Position numbers and translations under genes: made by a program | Assembly (NCBI GenBank): GCA_963813715.1 | Contig: CAWFAK010000013.1 | Span: 64,001 to 128,000 of the forward strand | DNA from: an uncultured Planctomycetaceae bacterium | GTDB taxonomy: Bacteria > Planctomycetota > Planctomycetia > Planctomycetales > Planctomycetaceae | Length of the DNA stretch: 64,000 nt | Direction of reading: 5' to 3' | Part shown: piece after piece, positions 41,188-52,830 of the stretch | Numbering within the stretch: position 1 is the first letter of the stretch | How the letters are laid out: each line of letters opens with the position of its first letter | Notes under the pieces: model-generated | Database searches by the model: none | What the model saw: the letters and a program-made list of their open reading frames with translations, nothing else | What the model was told of the DNA's origin: nothing

Positions 41188-42399
41188 GCAGAGTCAAGAT
41201 GTCCGCGAAGCTGGCGATCTTCGGCCATCGGCCCGTGTTCGACGCGCCCCTGCACGTCGGCCGGCCCAATCTCCCGGACAAGCAGGCGGTGCTCGAGCGG
41301 ATCGCGGGAGTTCTCGATTCGGGCTGGCTCACCAACGGCGGCCCGTTAGTGCAGGAATTCGAGCGTCGGCTTACACAGGAAACGGGCGCGAAACATTGCC
41401 TTGCCGTCTCGAACGGCACGGCGGCGCTCGAGCTGGCGTCTGCGGGCACTGGGGCTCGCGGGCGAGGTGATCGTCCCGTCCTACACGTTCATCGCGTCGG
41501 CCCACGCGGTCGCCTGGCAGGGATTGCGTCCCGTGTTCTGCGACGTCGATCCGGCCACGCACACGCTCGATCCGGAGCAGGTGGCACGCCTGATCACACC
41601 GCAAACGGCCGCCATCCTGGGAGTCCACTTGTGGGGACGGCCCTGCGATATCGACGGGCTGGCCGCCGTCGCGCACGAACACGGCATTCCGCTGCTCTTT
41701 GATGCCGCGCACGCGTTCGGCTGCACGTACCGGGGACGGCCGATTGGCGGTTTCGGCGCGTGCGAGACGTTCAGCTTTCACGCGACGAAGTTCGTCCACT
41801 GCGGCGAAGGCGGGGCCATTGCCACGAACGACGACCGCCTGGCCGAGCGGCTGCGACTCTTGCGGAACTTCGGCTTTGCCGGCTACGACCGCGTAACTTC
41901 GCTCGGCACCAACGCCAAGCTGAGCGAGCTGGCGGCCGCGATGGGCCTGGCGTCGCTCGACCACATGGAGACGATCGTCGCCGCCAATCGACGCAACTAC
42001 GAAGCTTACGCAAGTTGCCTGCGGTCGCTGCCCGGGATCACACTCTTGCCGCACGACGCGACTGAGACGAGCAACTATCAGTACGTCGTGGTCGAGGTCG
42101 ACCCGCAGCAAGCCGGCCTCTCGCGAGACGAGTTGGTGACCGTGCTGCAGGCGGACAACGTGCTGGCCCGCCGTTATTTCTCGCCGGGCTGCCACCGCAT
42201 GGAGCCCTACTGCTCCGATCCGCTCGCGGCGCCGCGGCCTTTGCCCGTCACCGAGCGACTGGCCGAGAGCGTGCTCGCCCTGCCGACAGGACTGCAGCTC
42301 GACGAGTCGGCCGTCGTGCGGATCGGCGAGATCGTGTCGCGGGCGATCGAGCACGCGGCCGCAATTCGCAGGCAACTCGGACGCCGCCGCGCAGCTTGA
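41184..42399 (+). CDS. DegT/DnrJ/EryC1/StrS PLP-dependent nucleotide-sugar aminotransferase, DesI/VioA-like (frameshift near 41440)
   Basis: LHVGRPN, WLTNGGP, PSYTFIAS, FDAAHAFG, SFHATK, GEGG; GTGA overlap with the GNAT gene. Confidence 0.92.
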
Positions 42400-42408
42400 C
42401 GAGGCGAG

Positions 42409-42428
42409 CGGCAGGTGTCAGCCTGCCG
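42409..42428. terminator. Hairpin between convergent genes
   Basis: CGGCAGG-tgtcag-CCTGCCG; no U-tract. Confidence 0.35.
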
Positions 42429-42446
42429 GTTCTTGCAGATCGCGCC

Positions 42447-43907
42447 TCAGGCGAGGATCGGTCGCACGACATTGCCGCTGACGTCGGTCAGGCGGAAATC
42501 GCGGCCGGCGTGGCGGAAGGTCAGCCGCTCGTGGTCGAAACCCAGTGCGTGCAGGATCGTCGCCTGCAGATCGTGCACGTGCACGCCGTTTTCGACGACG
42601 TGGAAGCCCAGGTCGTCGGTCTTGCCGTGGACGATGCCCGGCTTGATGCCGCCGCCGGCCATCCACATCGTGAAGGCCTGCGGGTGATGGTCGCGGCCCA
42701 GCTTGCGGCCGAGCACCGGGTGGCTTTCGACCATTGGCGTGCGGCCGAATTCGCCGCCCCAGATGACGAGCGTTTCGTCCAACAGGCCCCGCTGCTTGAG
42801 ATCCTGCACGAGAGCCGCCGCACCCTGGTCGGTGGCCGCACAATTCTGGCGGTGGTTGCCGTTCAGGTCGCTGTGGGCGTCCCAGCCTTCGTGATAGATG
42901 TTGATGAACCGCACGCCCCGCTCGACCATCCGCCGCGCGAGCAAACAGGCGCGGGCGAACGTCGGCTTGTCGGGATCGCACCCGTAAAGTTCCAGCGTGG
43001 CCCGGCTCTCGCTGCGGAGGTTCATCAGCTCGGGGGCCGAACTCTCCAGGCGGTCGGCCATTTCGTACGAGGCGATGCGGGTGGCGATTTCCGGGTCGCC
43101 CACGATGTCGAGCCGGCGGCGATCGAGATTCTCCACCAGGTCGAGCGTGTCTCTTTGCGATTGGCGGCTGACGCCAGCCGGGCGCGACACATTCAAGATC
43201 GGGTCGCCCTGGTTCCGGAAGCGGACCCCGGTGTAGACGGTCGGCAGCATGCCGCTCGACCAGTTGGCCGCGCCGCCGCTGATGCCTGAGCCGGTCGACA
43301 TGACGACGAACGCGGGCAAGTCGCTCGTCTGCGCCCCCAGGCCGTAGACCACCCACGAGCCGAGGCTGGGCCGACCCGGCTGCGCGGCCCCCGTGTTGAG
43401 AAACAGCTGGGCCGGGGCGTGATTGAACTGGTCGGTGTGCATCGAGCGGATCAGGCATACGTCGTCCACGATCTTGCCAAAATGCGGCAGGATGTCGGCG
43501 ATCTCGACGCCCGATTCCCCGCGGCGGACGAAGCGGAACCGCGGCCCGAGCACGGCCGCATCCGAACGAATGAATGCGTAGCGCTGGCCGCCGATGATCG
43601 AGGGCGGGATCGGCTTCCCTTCGAACTCGGCTAGCTTGGGCTTGGGATCGAAGAGATCGAGATGGCTCGGCGCCCCCGCCATGAACAGGTGGATGACCGC
43701 CTTCGCCCGTCCCCTGTAGGGCGACGTTCTGGCGACGAGTGATTCGCTGGCACGGCTGGCCGCCGCGGCCCCCGCGCGGGTGAGCACGCCCGAGAAAAGC
43801 CCGGCCAGCGCGATCCGTCCCAGGCCGACGCCGCACTGCTCGAAGAACCAGCGTCGCGTGACGAGCTGAGGATCGCAATTTCGATAAAGGAGCGACTGAC
43901 AATTCAT
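42447..43907 (-). CDS. DUF1501 family protein with a Tat-like leader
   Basis: TRRWFF, AKAVIHLFMAGAPSHLDLFDPKP, WGGEFGRTP, GRDHH, FRLTDV. Confidence 0.95.
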   Translation of the reverse strand: MNCQSLLYRNCDPQLVTRRWFFEQCGVGLGRIALAGLFSGVLTRAGAAAASRASESLVARTSPYRGRAKAVIHLFMAGAPSHLDLFDPKPKLAEFEGKPIPPSIIGGQRYAFIRSDAAVLGPRFRFVRRGESGVEIADILPHFGKIVDDVCLIRSMHTDQFNHAPAQLFLNTGAAQPGRPSLGSWVVYGLGAQTSDLPAFVVMSTGSGISGGAANWSSGMLPTVYTGVRFRNQGDPILNVSRPAGVSRQSQRDTLDLVENLDRRRLDIVGDPEIATRIASYEMADRLESSAPELMNLRSESRATLELYGCDPDKPTFARACLLARRMVERGVRFINIYHEGWDAHSDLNGNHRQNCAATDQGAAALVQDLKQRGLLDETLVIWGGEFGRTPMVESHPVLGRKLGRDHHPQAFTMWMAGGGIKPGIVHGKTDDLGFHVVENGVHVHDLQATILHALGFDHERLTFRHAGRDFRLTDVSGNVVRPILA

Positions 43908-43946
43908 GGAGAAACTTTCGAGCCGCGGCCGGCCGACGTGTGTACG

Positions 43947-46900
43947 CTATTCCTTCGTGATGGCCTCATCGAGATTGAGCAAGCTGCGGGCGACGAGCGT
44001 CCAGGCGGCCAGTTGAGCCGTCTGGTGTTTGTCCGTCGGAGGCGCCGCGGACGCGCCGGGGCCTGACAGGATTTCTTTCGCGGCGGCCGCATCGGCGTCG
44101 AACCGTGCTTTCGATTGCGCATAGAACGCGACGAGTGCCGACAGCTCACTCGGCTCCGGTGGCCGTACAAGGCAGCGGCGGAACAGGTCCCGTGCCACCG
44201 CCTGTTCGTCACCCGTCGATTTGCCGAGCGCAGCCGCGGCCAATCCACGGGCGAACTCGACGAACTGGGCGTCGTTGAGCAGGGTCAGCGCCTGCAGCGG
44301 CGTATTCGTCACCTCGCGGCGGGCGACGCATTCTTCTCCGCTGGGGCCGTCAAAAGTCGCCAGCATGGCAAAGGGCGAGGTCCGCTTGGAAAACGTGTAC
44401 ATCCCGCGGCGAAAACGATCCGCACCCTGGCTGACGTTCCAGCTCATGCCGCCGTACGATCCCTCGCCCACGCTGGCCGGCTGCGGCGGAAAGACGCTCG
44501 GTCCGCCGATCCGCTCGGTCAGCAGGTCGCCGGCCGCCAGGGCCGAATCGCGGACGAGCTCGGCCTCGAGCCGTATCCGCGGCGCGTGGGAGAGCAGCTT
44601 GTTTTCCGGATCCTTGGCGATGGCGTCGGGCGTGAGATGCGACGCCTGCCGATAGGTCGCGCTGGTGACGATGAGCCGATGGGCCGCTTTGAATGACCAG
44701 CCGCGCCGCACGAACTCGATGGCCAGCCAGTCGAGCAGCTGGGGATGAGTGGGGGGCGTGCCCTGGTAGCCGAAGTCGTCCCCCGTCTTCACCAGGCCGC
44801 GGCCAAAGAAGGCCTGCCACTGCCGATTGGCGGTGACCCGCCCCACGAGGGGATTGCGGGCATCGACAAGCCAGCGAGCAAAGCCGAGCCGATTGCGCGG
44901 GAATTCGGGCGGCAGCGGACCGAACAGCGACGGGATCTGTGCCTCGACCGCTTCGGTCGGACCCAAGAACTCGCCCCGCTTGTGCACGAACGTCTTCCGC
45001 GGATTGTCAGCCGGCCGCTCAGAGAAGACCAGTGTCGTCGGCAAGAGAGGTTCTTGGGCTCGCTCGCTCTCGATGTTCTTGGCGAGGGCCCGAGAGGGCG
45101 GGCGCGATCGAGGCGAAATAATGCTCGAGGGTCGCTCGCTCGGCAGCCGTCCGCTCAGCACGCGGGCGGGCGAGGATGGCGTCGACGTCGGCCGGCAGCA
45201 CGCGGCGATCGACGGGGACGGAGCCGCCGGTGGCCGAGATGCGAAACTTGCCCAGCCCACACGCATAGTAATACTCAAACAACATCCGCACGGAGAGACT
45301 CCGCGCGTTGTGCAGCGGCTTGTCGAGAATGAAGACGGCCGAATGCGATTGCCCCTGGCCTTTGTTGATCGACCAGGACGTGAGCGGGTTCCCGTCGATT
45401 GCGGCGGCGGCTCCGCCGGCGTTCGCGGCGTAACTTTGCGTGGCCGCCCGGAACTGCAGCGGCGCCCCGTCGGCCTCGGCCGTCCATTCGCTCAGCTCGA
45501 AGTCCCCGAACGGCCCTTCGTAGAAGACGCGGCCGGGGCCGTGCTGGGGAAGTGAATCGTCGGGCAGCACGTCGATCCGCAGGGCGGTGATCTCGGTGGG
45601 CAGCTTGTCGAAGTCGACCTCATAGTGGTCGCTCTTGCTCATGTCGCCGCTGGCGAGAATCGAATCGTCGGGCTGGACGGCCAGGTGTGGCAACGTGGCC
45701 TGCGCCTTTGACGGATGCAGCACGGTCCAACCCAGCGCTCGGGCCGATTCCGTTTGTTCCCAGCGAGCGAATTTCTCCTCGAACTTCGCTCGACCTTCGC
45801 GGCCGCCGGGGCCAAAACGATTGGGCAAGTCGGCCTCGGCCGCGGCGATCTGATGTTCGATCTGTTGCCGGCGACTGACCAGCGCGGGAACGGGCAGGTC
45901 GAGTTGCCGTTCGTCGGCGTTGTTCAAAAAGGCCATGAAGCGGTAGTAGTCGCGGTGGGGGATCGGGTCGAACTTGTGCGTATGACACTGGGCACAGCGG
46001 ACGGTCAGCCCCAGCCAAACGGTGCCGGTGGTCGCGACGCGATCGACAACCGCGTAGTAGCGATACTCGAGCGGATCGATGCCCCCTTCTTCGTTGAGCA
46101 TCGTGTTGCGATGAAAGCCCGTGGCCACTTGGTCCGGCACGCTGGCGTTGGGCAGCATGTCGCCGGCAAGCTGCTTGATCGTGAACTGATCGAAGGGCAG
46201 GTCGGAATTGAGGGCGGCGATCACCCAATCGCGATACGGCCAGATCGAGCGGCCGCGGTCCTTCTCGTAGCCGTTCGTGTCCGCGTACCGGGCCAGGTCG
46301 AGCCAGCGCCGACCCCAGCGCTCGCCGTAGTGTGGCGAGGCAAGCAGCCGATCGACGAGCCGCTCGTAGGCATTGGGCGACGAGTCGTTGACGAACGCGT
46401 CAGCCTCGGCGGGCGTCGGCGGCAAGCCGATCAGGTCGAGCGAGACGCGGCGAATCAGCGTGTAGCGATCGGCCTCGGGCGAGGGCTGCAACCCCAGACC
46501 GCTCGACTCGAGCTGAGCGCGGATAAAGTCATCGATCGGATTGCGCGAGGGCGGAATGTCGGTCCGCGCAGCAACGCGAGGAGGCGGCACTTGTCGCGGC
46601 GGGACGAAGGCCCAGTGCGGCTTGTATTCGGCACCGGCGGTCACCCACGCGCGAAGAATCCGTCGCTCGTCGTCCGAGAGTGGCTTGTTGGCCGCGGGGG
46701 GCGGCATCATCTCGTCGGCATTATGCGAATCGATGCGGCGGATCAGTTCGCTCGAGTCCGCCTTTCCCGGAACGATCGCCGCTTTGCCCGATTCGGTGCG
46801 TGCGGTCGCCGATTCGGGGAGGTCCAACCGCAGCTTGGCCTCGCGGGCTGCGTCGTCCGGGCCATGACACTTAAAGCAGTGCTGGCTGAGAATGGGCCGG

Positions 46901-47048
46901 ACATCGCGCGAAAAATCGGGGCGAGGAGAATCGGGCCAGCGGCGAACCCAAAGCCCGCCAACGTGCAGACAATCGCTAGTGCAGCACCCAAACGAACGGC
47001 GGGCAAAGCGCACCCCCAAACAGCGGCTCCAGACGCATCAACCTTCAT
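43947..47048 (-). CDS. PSD1/PSCyt (DUF1553/DUF1549) planctomycete cytochrome c protein (frameshifts near 46935 and 45085)
   Basis: Signal-like N-terminus in ORF 46743-47048; DVRPILSQHCFKCHG, YGERWGRRWLDLARYADT, CAQCHTHKFDP, PTHPQLLDWLA, TPLQAL; upstream of a DUF1501 gene as is typical. Confidence 0.92.
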
Positions 47049-47120
47049 TTATTCTACGCTATTTCTCGGGGGCCGCGAGCGACTCGGGCCATCATTCGAC
47101 AGGGAAAACGCCGGCGGCCG

Positions 47121-47210
47121 CTGCCAAGCTTTCAGCTTGCCCGCCGATCTGAGTCCGACATTCCCAGCCCGATGAAACCGGGACACAGGCAAGCTGGCAG
47201 CTTGCCCTAC
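47121..47210. repeat. REP/REPIN-like pair of palindromic repeats (GTAG type)
   Basis: GGCAAGCT-GGC-AGCTTGCC-CTAC at 47188-47210 (GTAG on the minus strand) and a degenerate copy CCAAGCT-TTC-AGCTTGCC at about 47124-47141. Confidence 0.65.
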
Positions 47211-47218
47211 GCAGGAGA

Positions 47219-47653
47219 CTACTTCCGGAACGCCTGCATGCGTCGCTCCATCTCCTCGGGGGAGACGTCTTCGACGTGCGTGGCGATGTACCAGGAGTTG
47301 CCGCACGGGTCGACGACCGCCCCTGTGCGATCGCCATAGAACATGTCGGTGGGCTCCGAGAGCACCTTGGCGCCGGCCGCGACGGCGCGGCGATGGACTT
47401 CGTCGACGTTGGTGACGTAGTGATGGAGCGTGGCGGCGTACGCCTGCGCCCGCTCGCTCGCCTCGCCCAGCATGATAATCGTGTCGCCGATTTTGACTTC
47501 AGCGTGGGCAATCGCCCCGTTGGGTCCGTTGATCCGTTCGACGCACGTTCCGCCGAACGCTTGCTCGAGAAACGTGACGAGCCTTCCCGCACCGACACCG
47601 ACCAGGTAAGCCGTCACGCTGTGATGACCTTCGGGAATCGCTTTCACCGTCAT
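47219..47653 (-). CDS. VOC/glyoxalase family protein (PhnB-like)
   Basis: IPEGHHSVTAYL, HAEVKIGD, DMFYGDR, DPCGNSW; AGGAG RBS. Confidence 0.92.
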   Translation of the reverse strand: MTVKAIPEGHHSVTAYLVGVGAGRLVTFLEQAFGGTCVERINGPNGAIAHAEVKIGDTIIMLGEASERAQAYAATLHHYVTNVDEVHRRAVAAGAKVLSEPTDMFYGDRTGAVVDPCGNSWYIATHVEDVSPEEMERRMQAFRK

Positions 47654-47754
47654 GGCAGTCTCCTCTTTTGTCGCGGACCTGAGCGAAAGACGCCGGGCAA
47701 TCGAATTATAATCGGACCGCGGTTGCCGCACGTCGCGGGCGACACGGAAAACCG

Positions 47755-50700
47755 ATGCGAGAGCGAATAGTGAAACATCGAGCGGACACACGGCGGTTCA
47801 GCGGTTTGGTGCTTTCGAGTTTGCTGTTGCTGGCATTGCCGGCAGCGACCCGGGCTGCCGATCCACCCGCCGCGACCGACCTGCGAGTGGGAGCAGCCGC
47901 GGAGAATCTCAAGTGCGATCGTTCGATGGTGATCGGCGGGTCGATCGAACCGCGCTACACAAACGAACAAGAGGGCGAACTGCGAGCCACGGCCGTCGTT
48001 ATCGAAAAGTCGGGGGCGGCCAAGATTGCCATCGTCGAGTGCGACGTCCTTTGGATTCCGAAGGCCCAGATCGACGCGGCCTTGGCGGAGATCCAGAAAA
48101 GTACGGGAATCGAGCCGCAGAACGTCCTCGTCAATGCCACGCACACGCACCACGCGCCGAGCACCGCGCCGGCGCACGATTTCGGCTATTCACCCGAGTT
48201 CTGCCGCGAGCTGAGGCGGGGCATCGTGCACGCCGTCGAGGAGGCCAATCGACGCTTGGCCGGAGGCGACGCGGCCTTTTTCTTCGCGCTCGGCGAGGAG
48301 AAGACTGTCGGTGGAAACAGCCGGTTTAAGTTGCCCGACGGCAACATCAGCTGGCTGCGGCCCAGGGAAGAAGCGGGCACGCAGGGAGTGCCCACCGGTC
48401 CGTTCGATCCGCAGCTCCCCGTGCTCGACTTCCGCGATCCGGCCGGCCACACGCGGGCCCTGATCTTCAATCATTCGACGCACACCATCGGCACCCGCAG
48501 CGGCAAGAACGTGCGCTCGCCCGGCTTCTATGGGCTGGCCGCCCAGGAGTTGGAGCACGAGCTGGGAGGCACGGTGAGCTTTCTCGAAGGGGCCTCGGGC
48601 TCGACGCACAACATCACGGCAGTCCCTGTGGACCAGGCCGTCCTCCGCATGAAGGCCGCCGTCCGTGAGGCGCGCGGGCAGGCCACGCGTCATCCCGTCG
48701 ATCAGATGGCTTCGATCAAGCGTGCTCTCAAGTTCCGCGTCCGCCACTTCGACGATTCCGAGGAAGACGCCAAGATCGCCCGGTACACCACCCGCTACAC
48801 GCCCACCCGCGCGTCGTCCGATTACATTCGCAAAGTCTTCGCCACGATGCGAAAGCAGCTCAAGCCACAGCAAGGGCAGGAGCGGGAGACTGTCGTGCAG
48901 GCCCTGCGAATCGGCGACGTGGCGATCGTCGGCGTGCCGGCCGAGTACTTCACTGTCCTCGGCGTCGACATCAAGCAGCGTTCGCCCTTCAAGTTCACCT
49001 ACGTGGCCGAGCTGGCCAACGACTGGATCGGCTATCTGCCCAATCGCGAGGGGCTGCACCTCGGCGGCTACCAAACGTGGATGGGCCTGCACAGCTACGC
49101 CGAAGAAGGGACCGGCGAGCGAATCGCCGATCTGGCCGTCGAGCTGTTGCGCGAATTGAAAGCCGGCGACGGGCAGCCGACTGCAACCAAGGGGGCGTCG
49201 TCTCAGTCATCCGGCGAGTCGGCGACTCCCGTCAAGAGTGCACCCGCCGGCCGTCAAACGCCGCAAGCCGAACAGCAGATGTTTCGCTTCGCCGATCCGT
49301 CGCTCACCGCGGACCTGGTCGCGGCCGAGCCCCAGGTTGTCAGTCCGGTGGCCCTCGCCTGGGACGCTCGCGGCCGCATGTACGTGGCTGAAATGGGCGG
49401 CTACCCGGTCACCGAGCACAAGGGCCGCATTCGGCAGCTGCGCGACAACGACGGCGACGGCGTTTATGAGCAGTCGATCGTATTTGCCGAGGGGCTGAAT
49501 TTCCCGGCGACAGTCATGCCCTATCGGGACGGCATCTTGACGATCGACGCGCCGGACCTGATTTTCCTCCGCGATACAGATGGCGACGGCAAGGCCGACG
49601 AACGGCGCGTCGAATGGACGGGCTTCATCCCCGGTTCGCAACAACTGCGAGCCAACGCCTTGCATTGGGGGCTCGACAACTGGATTTACGGCGCGAACGG
49701 CCGCTGCGACGGCGAGATTTTTCGCCCGGGCGCCGACCCGAAGATGGCCGTCTCGATCCGCGGCCGCGACTTTCGCTTTCGATTCGCGGGCGATGCGAAA
49801 TCGAGCACGGCAGAGTTTCAGGCGATTGCCGGGCAGAGCCAGTTCGGGCAGTGCCACGACGATTGGGGCCGCCGTTTTCTCTCTTGGAACACGATCCCGG
49901 TGCGACAAGCCGTCGTGCCCGAGCCCTACGCCAGCGAGCGCTCGCAGTTCCAGTCGCGGGGCATGGTCGACATTGCCTCGCCGGAAGACAACGGCCGCGT
50001 CTACCCGGTGAGTCCGCCGCCGCGGCAATTCAACGCCGAGCCGGCCGAGTACTACAACGCGATGTGCGGGCTGACGATCTTTCGCGGCACCGCGCTTGGC
50101 GAGGCGTATCGCGGCAATGCCTTCGTCGGCGAGTCACTGTCCAACCTGGTGACGCGACGGGTGTTGACGTCGGACGGGGTCGAACGAGTCTCGCGGCGCG
50201 GAGAGCAGAATCGCGAGTTTCTCGCCGGCGCCGATCCCTGGTTTCACCCGGTGTTCATGACCACGGGTCCGGACGGCGCACTCTATGTGGCCGACTTCTA
50301 CCGCGAATATGTCGAGCACCCGCGCTACGTGGCTTCCGAGGAGATTCGCCGTCGCATCCCCTGGCAGACCGGCTCCGAGAACGGTCGCATCTGGCGGATC
50401 CACCGTCGCGATTGGCAACCCGATTCGCACCCTCGCCCGGATCTGTCGCAGGCGAGCACCGAGCAGCTCGTCGCGGCGCTCGCCGATCCGGTCGGCTGGT
50501 GGCGGGACACGGCCCAGCGGCTGCTGGTCGAACGCCAGGACCGGGCGGCCGTTCCCCTGCTCGAAGCGCGGGTGGGAAAGGACGCATCGCCCGTCGCGCA
50601 GATTCACGCGCTCTGGACGCTCGACGGATTGGGGGCGACCAGCGACAAGGTGCTGCGTGCGGCTCTAGTGTCGAACGAGCCGAGAGTCCGCGAGCAGGCG

Positions 50701-52150
50701 ATCGCCCTCGTGGCACAGGACCCGGCGCGGATCGGCCGCTGTCTGCAGCCGCTGTCTGAATTGCTCGACGACGTCGATCCCGGCGTGCGATTCCGGCTGG
50801 CGCTCGCACTCGGCGCGCTGCCGCCCGACGAGGTGCGGCTGCAGCGCGCTTGTGCGGCTGGCCGCTTATCGTCCGCGTGATCCCTGGGTGCTTTGGGCCG
50901 TGCTCAGCAGCGCGGCTGGCCAGACGTCGGGCGTGATCCGATTGTTGGCCGAGTCGCATCCCGAGACGCTGGCCGCGAGCGAGCCGTCGCTGTTGCCGTT
51001 TCTCGCCGACGCCGGCCAGCAAATCGCCACGGAACTGGCGGGCGACGACCTGGCCGATTTCTGCGGTTGGCTGGCTGACCCCGACGCGCGGTCCGACGAA
51101 GCCCGCGTCGGTCGCGTCGTGCTATTGGCAGCGATCGTTCGCGGACGCGAGGCGACCGCGGCGGGCGACGCCAAGAATCGTTTCAGTTTCCTGACGGCGG
51201 CGCAGCGGGCACAAGTGGCTAAGTCGGCCGTGCGCTTAGCCGAAGATTCGACTCAGCCGCTGCTTGTGCGGTCGGCCGCCATTCGTTTGCTGACGCTGGC
51301 TCCGGCTGAGTCCGCGGAGCGGCTGGCGAAGCTCTTGGCGGGACCGGCGGATGGGCCGTTGCAAGCGGCGGTGGCCGAGGCGCTCGCCGATCGCAACGAG
51401 GCGGAGGGCTGCCGGGCTGTGTACCAGGCCTGGGAGTTGTTGGGGACCGACGCGCGGCGCGCGGTGATCGCCGCAGCACTGCGCTCGCCCGCCGCGATCG
51501 AGGCGCTCTTGGATGCCGTGAAAGCCGGAACTGTGCGGCCGGTCGAAGTGCCGATCGACGTCGCCCAGAGGCTAAAACACGCCCCGTCGGAGCCGCTCCG
51601 CGAGCGGGCCCTCGCACTCTTTCGCAGTACGGCGTCGACCAATCGTCGGGCCGTCGTCGAACATTACCTGCAGTCCGTCCCTGCGACGGGCAGCGTGGAG
51701 CGGGGGGCCGCCCTCTTCCGCGAAAACTGCCTCACGTGCCACACGATTCAGCGCGTCGGCAAGCAGGTGGGGCCGGAGCTTTCGGGGCTCAGCTCGCGGC
51801 CGCGAGAGATTGTGCTGCACGACATCTTGGACCCGAGCGCCCAGGTTTCGGCCGATTACCTGAGCTACACGGTCGTCACCAAGGACGGCAAAACGGCCGA
51901 GGGACTGATCGTCAGCCAGTCGAACGGCTCGGTGCGGCTGAGGCGGTCGGGTGGCGAAGAGAGCCTCGTGCCGGCCGCCTTGATCGAACAGATTCGAGCC
52001 AGTGACAAGTCGCTGATGCCCGACGGTTTCGAGACCAAAATCAGTCCACAAGCCATGGGCGATTTGCTAGCATTCCTCCGGCAGCCGAGCCGCGACTTGC
52101 TGCAGTCGGGAAAGCCCGCCCCGGCCGGTCGCGCCGCGGGGAGTGAGTGA
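47755..52150 (+). CDS. Fusion of a neutral/alkaline ceramidase-like domain with a PVC-type heme-binding CxxCH protein (frameshift near 50850)
   Basis: NATHTHHAP, GVPAEYF and ELANDWIGY (ceramidase-like); AAEPQVVSP, DTDGDGKAD, GPDGALYVADFYR; CLTCH, VGPELS, SLMPDG. Confidence 0.85.
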
Positions 52151-52247
52151 CCGCAACCCGAGCTTCGGCGTGCCGAGAGCGCTCGGCAGACGAGCGCGAA
52201 TGAACCACGTTGTAGCCAAGAGTTGGCTTCCAGAAAGGAGTATGGCG

Positions 52248-52709
52248 ATGAACGGAATTTCTCGACGCGCCGGAGTCCTCGCCCTTGGGATCGCGTCGGC
52301 GGCGTGTGTGGTGTTCGGAGTGTGGCACGAATTGCGGGCCGAATTGCCGCGGCCCGAGTACCGTCGTTTGCAGCGGCAATCACCGGAAGAGGTCAAGATC
52401 GCGGTGCTGGGCGTCCATGAAGCTCCGGTCGGCGAGTCGCCGCGCGAACGTGAGCGAGTGGGCCGGGCGTTTGATATCGACGTCGAGGCCAAGGTGCTTC
52501 GCGTCGCCCGCACGTCCGTGCGGATTCATGACGGCGAAGTGATCCACATCGTGTATCGGCTGCACCGTCGCGAGCGAGCGGTTCCAGGCCCCGGCGAACC
52601 CCAACCGCCCGAGCAGGGACACGAGTACCCGGCGTTCCTGGCGAAGGTCGAAGGCGATCGCCGCGCATTCGCTCCGGCTGCCGGCGTCTACACCTTCGAG
52701 CGGCTCTAA
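52248..52709 (+). CDS. Hypothetical exported small beta-rich protein
   Basis: AAGGAG RBS 7 nt before the ATG at 52248; SRR plus hydrophobic leader; followed by a terminator. Confidence 0.7.
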   Translation: MNGISRRAGVLALGIASAACVVFGVWHELRAELPRPEYRRLQRQSPEEVKIAVLGVHEAPVGESPRERERVGRAFDIDVEAKVLRVARTSVRIHDGEVIHIVYRLHRRERAVPGPGEPQPPEQGHEYPAFLAKVEGDRRAFAPAAGVYTFERL

Positions 52710-52755
52710 CGAGCCCGCGGCGTTCGATCGTCGAGCGTCACGAATCGGAAATGAC

Positions 52756-52788
52756 AAAAGACGGCGCGACCCCGCGCCGTCTTTTTTT
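52756..52788. terminator. Bidirectional rho-independent terminator
   Basis: AAAAGACGGCGCG-accc-CGCGCCGTCTTTTTTT between convergent genes. Confidence 0.9.
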
Positions 52789-52830
52789 GCGCCTTCACCG
52801 GCATTAAGTCGCCTTACCCGGCAACGCGGT

